Of a stretch of DNA of 31,034 nucleotides, positions 24,793 through 31,034 are shown piece after piece. Under the pieces are notes generated by a model. It made no database searches. It saw only the letters and a list, made by a program, of their open reading frames with translations, and was not told the origin of the DNA. Source of the DNA: a virus (Duplodnaviria; Caudoviricetes); the IMG/VR virus record IMGVR_UViG_3300030392_001007, positions 1 through 31,034 of that record. One strand, given 5' to 3'. The stretch's first letter is position 1; each line of letters opens with the position of its first letter. The position numbers and the translations under genes are program-made.

Positions 24793-25172
24793 GAGTCAGT
24801 TTTCCCTTTAATTCGTTGTAGCGCACTAAATGTACCACCTACCGTTTCCCTAACGATGTCTTTAGAATCCAGTTCTGCCCAATAAATTTCTAAAGCTTCT
24901 GTTACTTCCTGTGCAACAAATTGATGTGACTCTCCCGCAGGAACGATAGACATATCACCTTTACGCAAGATAGTTTTATCTATCATGTCATAATTTTTCC
25001 ACCGTCTAATCATCAGTTCTCCTTCAATAACGTAAAAAGCGTTGATCTTGCTTTGGTGAGAATGTCGGGAACAACAACCATTTTTGTGAACGTTAATTAA
25101 ATGAACTTCTATAACGCTGGATTGAATAAGAGGACGTGTCGTTCCCCATACTTTTCCCTCAATGATACTCAT
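24789..25172 (-). CDS. Cupin-domain protein (sugar-isomerase-like)
   Basis: GKVWG, CSRHSHQSKINAFYVIEG and VPAGESHQF are cupin metal-binding motifs. Confidence 0.8.
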   Translation of the reverse strand: MSIIEGKVWGTTRPLIQSSVIEVHLINVHKNGCCSRHSHQSKINAFYVIEGELMIRRWKNYDMIDKTILRKGDMSIVPAGESHQFVAQEVTEALEIYWAELDSKDIVRETVGGTFSALQRIKGKTDS

Positions 25173-25384
25173 CTCTGTAACTCTCTCTTAGAATTAGCAA
25201 CGTCTGTAATGACCCATCGTCTGGGAAAATAAGCGCAAAGTTTAGCTACTCTTAAATCCATCAGACCTAAATCAACATCGCTGATTAGTTCCCATTTTAT
25301 CCATTTACCGTCACCTTTACGACGGGAATACTCGTATTGATTTTGACGAGGTTTTTTTACCGCAGTTTCTTTTTTATCTGGCAT
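25169..25384 (-). CDS. Hypothetical protein (71 aa)
   Basis: Overlaps its neighbours in operon fashion (ATGA junction at 25169-25172). Confidence 0.65.
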   Translation of the reverse strand: MPDKKETAVKKPRQNQYEYSRRKGDGKWIKWELISDVDLGLMDLRVAKLCAYFPRRWVITDVANSKRELQR

Positions 25385-25571
25385 CAGCTTTTTCCTTGTA
25401 ACGTAAGATTAAAGATTCGATTGGAGCTTTAGCAATATCAGGTAACTGTAACCACTCCTGATAAATCTGTTCCTGTATTTTTCTATCTTTAAACCAAGCA
25501 GGAACAGGACGGCTGTGAGAACTAAAATAAAGTTCCATCCAGTTTACAAATTGTTTATGTTGTTTACTCAT
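25374..25571 (-). CDS. Hypothetical protein (about 65 aa)
   Basis: The start is moved to the ATG at 25571 (MSKQHK), which has GGAG 10 nt upstream and minimal overlap with the methyltransferase. Confidence 0.6.
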   Translation of the reverse strand: MSKQHKQFVNWMELYFSSHSRPVPAWFKDRKIQEQIYQEWLQLPDIAKAPIESLILRYKEKADAR

Positions 25572-26568
25572 AATAAACGTTCTCCATTCTTTTTTGTAAT
25601 GTCTGAATAACTTGAGCATCGTGCACATCAACCATTAATTCTTCCCATTTAACTAGGATTTTATCTCTTCGTTGTTGTGCTGTTTGTAGATTTTTTGTCT
25701 TGAGAGAAATCTTGGTTTTTAAATTGGTATGAGGTTGTCGTCTATAAAAATACCAATATCCTTCTCTATTTTTTAAATACTTTTTGTCTGTCATAAACTC
25801 TTTTGTTTTAATATTATAATCACGAAAGGATAATTGATCTTCATTATCTATTCGATCATAAGCTACATTAATCAGTTCTTGATCTATTTCACTACCTAGA
25901 AACTGACGCTGTAATTTCTTGGCTCCTATAGCTGTGGTTCCTGTTCCCATGAATGGGTCGTAAATAATATCTTCTTCATCAGAGAAATTAGAGAGAATTT
26001 TTTCCACCAGTTCTGAGGGAAAGGTTGCTTTGTTACCGTTAAAAGATTTTCTGGTTCTGTTAATACGCCATATATCTTCCAACGTTCCTCTTTCGAACCG
26101 TCCCTTGTTTCGAAACTGACGACTGATTGGATAGTCGTTATCAAAAACCAATAGAAATTCTGATCCACGGTTAAGAACCTGTTCATGCATAGCTGGTTGT
26201 CCTGCTCCTTTGTCCCAGACAATGATATCCTTTAATTTATCAGAGAACGTACCTATCATTTTAAAGAAAGCTCTCTTACTGCCTGTTACAATCTGTATGT
26301 TATAAAAAACAAGTTCACTTACTCTTAGCAGTTCTCTCAAGACCTGACAATGAAAATCGTAAAACTCATCAATAGGCATGTTATCAGAGAATTCAGAATA
26401 TTTATTACTGAAATCATTTTCAACAACCTGTCGTGAACAATACTTACCATTTCTTATCCGCAAGTTCATATTGTAAGGCGGTGAAGTTATAACTAAATCT
26501 ACAGACTGACTACCCATTCGAGCCATTGTATCCAAACAGGATTCATTATGAATAATATTTGTTCTCAT
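25564..26568 (-). CDS. Site-specific DNA methyltransferase (N4-C/N6-A, beta class) with a C-terminal integrase-arm-like extension
   Basis: VDLVITSPPYN (motif IV) precedes ATFP and IYDPFMGTGTT (motif I), followed by LGSEID. The start is moved to the ATG at 26568, after GGAGAAAAGGAA. Confidence 0.9.
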   Translation of the reverse strand: MRTNIIHNESCLDTMARMGSQSVDLVITSPPYNMNLRIRNGKYCSRQVVENDFSNKYSEFSDNMPIDEFYDFHCQVLRELLRVSELVFYNIQIVTGSKRAFFKMIGTFSDKLKDIIVWDKGAGQPAMHEQVLNRGSEFLLVFDNDYPISRQFRNKGRFERGTLEDIWRINRTRKSFNGNKATFPSELVEKILSNFSDEEDIIYDPFMGTGTTAIGAKKLQRQFLGSEIDQELINVAYDRIDNEDQLSFRDYNIKTKEFMTDKKYLKNREGYWYFYRRQPHTNLKTKISLKTKNLQTAQQRRDKILVKWEELMVDVHDAQVIQTLQKRMENVYYE

Positions 26569-26587
26569 TTCCTTTTCTCCTTTTTGT

Positions 26588-28306
26588 TTAACGTATAATA
26601 AATGGATTATCAAAAACAGTTAAATCATCCAGTTCTGTATCTTCTTCAGTTGATACAACAGGTGAAAAACTATTATTATTATCACTATTTTCTTCATTAG
26701 TATCGTCGTTAGGCTGTTCCACTTCCTCCAATCTGCCTGTTTTATTTCTATCATAATATAACCAGGTACAAGGCCCAGTATCACCTGAGAACCTATTCTT
26801 TAATACGCGAACAGTGCTGGTATTTCGAATACGCTCAATGTCATGCTGACTATTTCTTTCCATACCAATAACCATGTCAGACAATTGGGCTATACCTGCT
26901 GAACCACGTAAATGACTTAACGATACAGATGTTCCTTCTTCATGTCCTATACCTCCTACTCGTTTGAGATGAGTAACAATACCTAAATGAATATTTAATT
27001 CCTGTACCAACATACGAAGCTTAGTCATAATTTCATCTATAGATCGTCGCTCATCACCTGATTCCAAAGCTGAAACAATAATGGAAATATGGTCTATAAA
27101 TATAAACTTACAGTCCATTCCTTTAGCTAAAAAACGTACGTTAAATAATATTTTATCTATGCCCCAAGATCCAAAATGATCAAGAAGAAACAGGCGTCTA
27201 TCTAAACCAAAAACTTTAAAAGCTTTATCAAGTTCTTCATTTGTATATTCAAAATCAGGTAAATGAATAGGTTTATTAAGATGTAATCCACATAGAGCTA
27301 ATGCTGTACGTTTGGGTGTCTCTTCGAGAAACATCATACCTATTTTATAATCTGTAGATTGAATAAGATGATAAACCAATTCTCTTAATAAACTGGATTT
27401 ACCTTGTCCTGATCCGGCAGTATATGTACATAACTCTCCAAGCCTCATACCGTAAGTCATTGTATTTAAACCTTCCCACGGATAAGGAACTGCAACAGTA
27501 CTATCTTCTTCGTTCAACGTTTTCCACATATCAGAAAAACATAAAATACCATCAGGTGTATAAGCTTTATGATTCCACCAGCATTTTACAAACTTTGGTT
27601 GTTCATTGTTAATAAGATATTCACATGGATCGTTATAATCTTCTAACGGAACTATTAACGCTACACTAGGAGGAAATAATCGCGCTACATTTTCAGCAGC
27701 TTTCTTTCCTTGTTTATCGTTATCAAAACAGATAACTACATTTTCAAACTGAGATAAATAATCCAGATTTTGTTTACAGTCTTTAACAGCACTGGTTGAA
27801 GATTTAACAGAAACAACAGGCCATTGAGAACCAAGCATCTGATAAGTTGCTAATGCATCTAGTTCCCCTTCAACTATAGTTATATATTTTCCTGTTTGAT
27901 TAAATAACTGTTGTCCAAATAATAAAGTAGAAGCAAAGTTTCCTTCAATCTTAAATCCTTTATCTTTAACCGTTCTTATTTTACTAGCAATATGCTGGTT
28001 ATTTTTATCGTAATAAGGATAAAGATGATGGGTAATATTTCCGTTATCTTTATTATTTATTGTTACGTTATATTTTTTACATGTATCTAAAGTAATATTT
28101 CTATCGTTAATAGAACTAAAAGTTCCGTTAGAAGATACAGAAGTTTTTACTTCTTGTTGAACTATAAAATCTTTATCGTTCTTCGATGGTTCATAATATG
28201 TACAACTATAACAAAAACCATGTCCGTCTTCATAAATACAGTAAGCATCTGTTGAAGGGCAATTAGGACAAGCAATATGCTGCTGGACAATCCGCTGTGT
28301 TGCCAT
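26588..28306 (-). CDS. Primase-helicase (T7 gp4-like)
   Basis: Zn finger CPNC...CYSC, TOPRIM IVEGELDA and CFDND, Walker A AGSGQGKS, FIDHISI, LRGSAGIAQLSD and KNRFSG. The start is moved to the ATG at 28306, after AAAGGAG. Confidence 0.97.
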   Translation of the reverse strand: MATQRIVQQHIACPNCPSTDAYCIYEDGHGFCYSCTYYEPSKNDKDFIVQQEVKTSVSSNGTFSSINDRNITLDTCKKYNVTINNKDNGNITHHLYPYYDKNNQHIASKIRTVKDKGFKIEGNFASTLLFGQQLFNQTGKYITIVEGELDALATYQMLGSQWPVVSVKSSTSAVKDCKQNLDYLSQFENVVICFDNDKQGKKAAENVARLFPPSVALIVPLEDYNDPCEYLINNEQPKFVKCWWNHKAYTPDGILCFSDMWKTLNEEDSTVAVPYPWEGLNTMTYGMRLGELCTYTAGSGQGKSSLLRELVYHLIQSTDYKIGMMFLEETPKRTALALCGLHLNKPIHLPDFEYTNEELDKAFKVFGLDRRLFLLDHFGSWGIDKILFNVRFLAKGMDCKFIFIDHISIIVSALESGDERRSIDEIMTKLRMLVQELNIHLGIVTHLKRVGGIGHEEGTSVSLSHLRGSAGIAQLSDMVIGMERNSQHDIERIRNTSTVRVLKNRFSGDTGPCTWLYYDRNKTGRLEEVEQPNDDTNEENSDNNNSFSPVVSTEEDTELDDLTVFDNPFIIR

Positions 28307-28355
28307 GTGTCGGCTCCTTTTTTTTCCCACTTGATTGATGAGGTACGCGACAGCT

Positions 28356-28384
28356 ACCGTACGGCAAAAATTTCCAGATGTCAA
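28356..28384 (-). promoter_or_regulatory. sigma70-like promoter for the replication operon
   Basis: Minus strand TTGACA (28384-28379), exactly 17 nt, then TACGGT (TAnnnT), about 50 nt upstream of the primase ATG. Confidence 0.7.
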
Positions 28385-28543
28385 ATCGCATCCAGGGGTA
28401 AATCGTTATTATAAAATGTGAGTTTAAGCCGTCTTAACTCACAAGGCATGTCGGGTTGACATTATATATTTATTCGTTTATTTAAATAAAATGTTTTCTT
28501 TAAAAAGTTTTATTATAAATATAACTCAAATGCCCTCATTTTG

Positions 28544-28574
28544 GGTGCGTCGGGCTTTTTTTAGGTGCGTCGGG
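28544..28574 (+). repeat. Direct repeat GGTGCGTCGGG x2 (20-bp period)
   Basis: Copies at 28544-28554 and 28564-28574, immediately before the ATG at 28576. Confidence 0.9.
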
Positions 28575-28575
28575 A

Positions 28576-29019
28576 ATGAAAAAAAATATGCAAAAAACAG
28601 AAAAAAATACAAATGATAGAATAAATGAACGCGATTGGGGCTATTGGATTGTTTTAAATGATAATAGTTTAGACTATCGTGTTAAAAAATTAGTTGTAAA
28701 TCCAAATAGTGAATTAAGCTATCAACGCCATAAGCATCGTGCAGAGCATTGGGTAGTTGCAGAAGGGGTTGCTACCGTTAATATTAAACTTGATGATTCA
28801 CTGGTCGATACAGAGAATTTAAAACGTATTCTAGCTACAGGGGAAAGTTGTTATGTTCCGCCTTATGCATGGCACCAACTCACAAATAACCATGACACCA
28901 TGAAATTGATTATTATTGAAACGTGGATAAAAACCAGTAGGGAAATAAAAGATATATTAGGGGAAATTGATATTGAACGAATAGTAGGATTAAATTCACC
29001 TAGTAATTTAAAAAAATAA
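28576..29019 (+). CDS. Cupin of the type II phosphomannose isomerase C-terminal family
   Basis: ERDWGYW, VKKLVVNPNSELSYQRHKHRAEHWVVAEG, GESCYVP...WHQLTN and LIIIE...GEIDIERI. Confidence 0.85.
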   Translation: MKKNMQKTEKNTNDRINERDWGYWIVLNDNSLDYRVKKLVVNPNSELSYQRHKHRAEHWVVAEGVATVNIKLDDSLVDTENLKRILATGESCYVPPYAWHQLTNNHDTMKLIIIETWIKTSREIKDILGEIDIERIVGLNSPSNLKK

Positions 29020-29028
29020 AAAAAAAGC

Positions 29029-29087
29029 AAAAAAAAAGGCAGAATAAACATCTGAGAAAGGTAATAAAGAGAGATGTCTATCCTGCC
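29029..29087 (-). terminator. Rho-independent terminator-like long hairpin
   Basis: Minus strand GGCAGGATAGACATCT-(18-nt loop)-AGATGTTTATTCTGCC forms a 16-bp stem with two G-U pairs, followed by T9. Confidence 0.75.
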
Positions 29088-29108
29088 AGTTGGCTAATAA
29101 GGGAGCTT

Positions 29109-29234
29109 TTACGGTAGCTCTACCTTATTAGCAGGGAGTACGTTATATAATTCACCAAATACCGTTATAGAAAATACTACAATTACTATAACAATACTTG
29201 CATATAATAAGAAACAATACTTGTTAAAATTCAT
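29109..29234 (-). CDS. Putative small membrane protein (41 aa), absent from the ORF track
   Basis: Hand translation gives MNFNKYCFLLYASIVIVIVVFSITVFGELYNVLPANKVELP*, with one hydrophobic segment. It lies between the DUF932 gene and the terminator. The RBS is weak. Confidence 0.4.
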   Translation of the reverse strand: MNFNKYCFLLYASIVIVIVVFSITVFGELYNVLPANKVELP

Positions 29235-29266
29235 GGTTACTAATCCAATACTACTAATAATTAAAT

Positions 29267-30214
29267 TTACCCAACATTTACAGTTAGTTCTTTAAATGCT
29301 TCTGTTTGTAACCATGCGCCAACTTGAAGTTGATTTTTAACAATAGTATCAGCGTAGTGATCCTTTCCTGTTTTACGTGGAGCAAAATATTCTGAATTAT
29401 CAGAACTAATAGCAGATAAAGCACTAACAGCTGACCAAACGTTATTTCCTCTTGCTGGCACTTCATAAGCTAAATATTGATTATATGTCCTATCCCGTTT
29501 GCTAACACCGCTCTTTTCTTCACCTGTTTCCTGGTCATAAGAAACAAACAATTTTGTAAAGAAATCATACGCTTTAGTATTTGCTATTGGATGTTTAGCA
29601 AACCAATTAAAAGAAACCATTTCTTCCCTAAATTTTTCTACTCCTTTCTTTAAACGTTTAGTAATATCATCCACTTTAATACGAGAAGTATGCTTTTTAG
29701 AAACAACGTCAAAATTACCAGTTATTTGACCGTTCATACAAAACATATCAATATTTCCAATAATTAAACGAATTCCAGAAGAACCATCAAAACTATTTTT
29801 AACAATAATCCTAAAAGAAACTTTAGAAGTGTTTCTGGAATTTCCTATTTCTTCCGATAAATTAGGAAAGATATATTCAGAAAATATAACAGCACCGTTA
29901 AAGCTGGTGTAATCTGTTACTTTAATATCTTTTAAATACTCAGGAGAAATAGAATTTACTATTTGATTTTGTAAATTTTCTATTAGTTCCCTGTTTTCAA
30001 TAACACCATATTTCTCACTATGAACGCCAAGAAAATTGTTATCTTCTCTATCAGTACGCCATAAACCAATACGGTCTGATTCCCTTCCAGAAATACTAAC
30101 CATTTTCTCTTTAGCGACAGGCCAGAATATTTTAGGTCTATCTATTGGGAAAATATGGTTATTGTTGTTATTGAAATTAGGTTGATTATCGAAATAACTA
30201 TTATCTAACGGCAT
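29267..30214 (-). CDS. DUF932 family protein
   Basis: RTD...LGVHSEKYGVIEN, NSFDGSS...FCMNG, KHT and NVWSAVSALS. GGAGG RBS upstream. Confidence 0.85.
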   Translation of the reverse strand: MPLDNSYFDNQPNFNNNNNHIFPIDRPKIFWPVAKEKMVSISGRESDRIGLWRTDREDNNFLGVHSEKYGVIENRELIENLQNQIVNSISPEYLKDIKVTDYTSFNGAVIFSEYIFPNLSEEIGNSRNTSKVSFRIIVKNSFDGSSGIRLIIGNIDMFCMNGQITGNFDVVSKKHTSRIKVDDITKRLKKGVEKFREEMVSFNWFAKHPIANTKAYDFFTKLFVSYDQETGEEKSGVSKRDRTYNQYLAYEVPARGNNVWSAVSALSAISSDNSEYFAPRKTGKDHYADTIVKNQLQVGAWLQTEAFKELTVNVG

Positions 30215-30238
30215 TACATGCCCTCCTTTTTTTATATA

Positions 30239-30409
30239 TTAATAGTGAAAGTGGGAAATCATTTTATCACAAACATCAACAGCGTATTCCCCACAGTTAT
30301 TCGTTAACGCTGTAGAATTAAAAAATCCGTTTGAATATAAAATAAATAAAACCATTGTTAGCCCTACTAATAGAATTAAACCAAATGCACATTTATTTTC
30401 AATTTTCAT
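30239..30409 (-). CDS. Small predicted membrane protein (about 56 aa)
   Basis: Hydrophobic segment AFGLILLVGLTMVLFILY. The start is moved to the ATG at 30409, which has GAGG upstream. Confidence 0.55.
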   Translation of the reverse strand: MKIENKCAFGLILLVGLTMVLFILYSNGFFNSTALTNNCGEYAVDVCDKMISHFHY

Positions 30410-30413
30410 AACA

Positions 30414-31034
30414 TTAATCCTCATCTAACCAAAGTATTGGTTTATCTGTAGTCCAACACAAACCACACGTTCCACAGTTTTCTGTTAGACCTAATTGATA
30501 AGGGCATATAATACCCTCTTCGCTTTCATTTATACTATTAGCAGACCAAACGTCATTTTTTATCAATCCACTAAAACGTATAAAGAAATCTTTATTGCGT
30601 TGTTTTTGTATATGTAATAGCTCGTCACCAATTGTATGTGGTCGTTTTCTACTCTTTTGCGGTAAACGTGCGCTAAAACCAAATACTTTTAACACGTTAG
30701 GAAATGATTTAGTTTGTAAATGCCACCACGTTTGTAAGTATTTAAGACTAAAGAAATCACCTAAAACATGTAAACGCACCAGAAAACCAGTATGCCTATG
30801 TTTATAAGCTAAATAACTTACTTCGTGTTTTATTGTATCTATAAATAAATCAGGATCGTTAGTTGGATCTATTCGATGTGCATAAGGCATTCTATTTCCA
30901 TAACATGATGACCAAAATGAACAGGAATCAGGACATGTTTTACGTTCTGGAAGAGTAACGGTATAAATAGGCATGCCCTTATAACGGCCTTTTGTAACTA
31001 ACTTTCCAAGCTTTTTATTTTTACTTGGTTTAAT
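30414..31034 (-). CDS. GP88-like Cys-rich phage protein (possibly radical-SAM-related), 5'-truncated by the window edge
   Basis: The frame is open to the window end (IKPSKNKKLGKLVTKGRYKG then MPIY). Motifs TCPDSCSFWSSCY, VRLHVLGDF, IRFS and CPYQ...CGTCGLCW. Confidence 0.7.
   Translation of the reverse strand: MKPSKNKKLGKLVTKGRYKGMPIYTVTLPERKTCPDSCSFWSSCYGNRMPYAHRIDPTNDPDLFIDTIKHEVSYLAYKHRHTGFLVRLHVLGDFFSLKYLQTWWHLQTKSFPNVLKVFGFSARLPQKSRKRPHTIGDELLHIQKQRNKDFFIRFSGLIKNDVWSANSINESEEGIICPYQLGLTENCGTCGLCWTTDKPILWLDED

Noticed and set aside
25564-25794. Integrase or prophage signature
   Set aside because: Only an arm-like fragment is seen. There is no recombinase catalytic domain, att site or repressor in the window.
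22601-26568. Restriction-modification pair formed by the MTase and the PD-(D/E)XK-like ORF
   Set aside because: The genes are separated by four others and the nuclease call is weak. Orphan MTases are common in phages.
11830-27612. Short alternative-frame or antisense ORFs nested in the GT fusion, gmd, RNR, ColD-like, SSB, polymerase, MTase and primase genes
   Set aside because: They overlap well-supported genes almost completely and show no recognisable motifs.
28307-28384. TTG-started N-terminal extension of the primase-helicase
   Set aside because: The TTG is part of the TTGACA -35 box, and the ATG at 28306 has a strong AAAGGAG RBS.
1-31034. tRNA, rRNA, introns or inteins, endolysin
   Set aside because: No cloverleaf or rRNA-like segment was seen in the short intergenic gaps. 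The polymerase, RNR and helicase look uninterrupted. No lysin motif was recognised near the holin, though one may lie outside the window.

Overview
The window is a 31-kb segment of an AT-rich, podovirus-like dsDNA phage genome with two convergent arms. The + arm (1-14832) carries a 5'-truncated Lys/Glu-rich putative internal virion protein, a 2953-aa polyvalent/ejection-type protein, a GT8-like glycosyltransferase, a three-domain glycosyltransferase-like/SAM-methyltransferase/Maf(MptE)-like fusion, a small ORF and a holin. The - arm (14829-31034) carries a T7-like replication set: primase-helicase, family A DNA polymerase, gp2.5-like SSB, PD-(D/E)XK exonuclease and endonuclease I. It also carries a class II (B12-type) ribonucleotide reductase, a DNA methyltransferase, DUF3310, DUF932 and GP88-like genes, and a NifU-like protein. 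No RNA polymerase is in the window, and sigma70-like promoters are visible. The most notable feature is a dispersed nucleotide-sugar and glycosylation system. It comprises Gmd, a ColD-type 3-dehydratase with His in place of the catalytic Lys, two sugar-isomerase-like cupins and two transferase genes beside the virion genes. This suggests phage-encoded synthesis and transfer of a possibly methylated 3,6-dideoxyhexose (colitose-like) glycan. All family assignments come from motif recognition by eye; no database searches were run.
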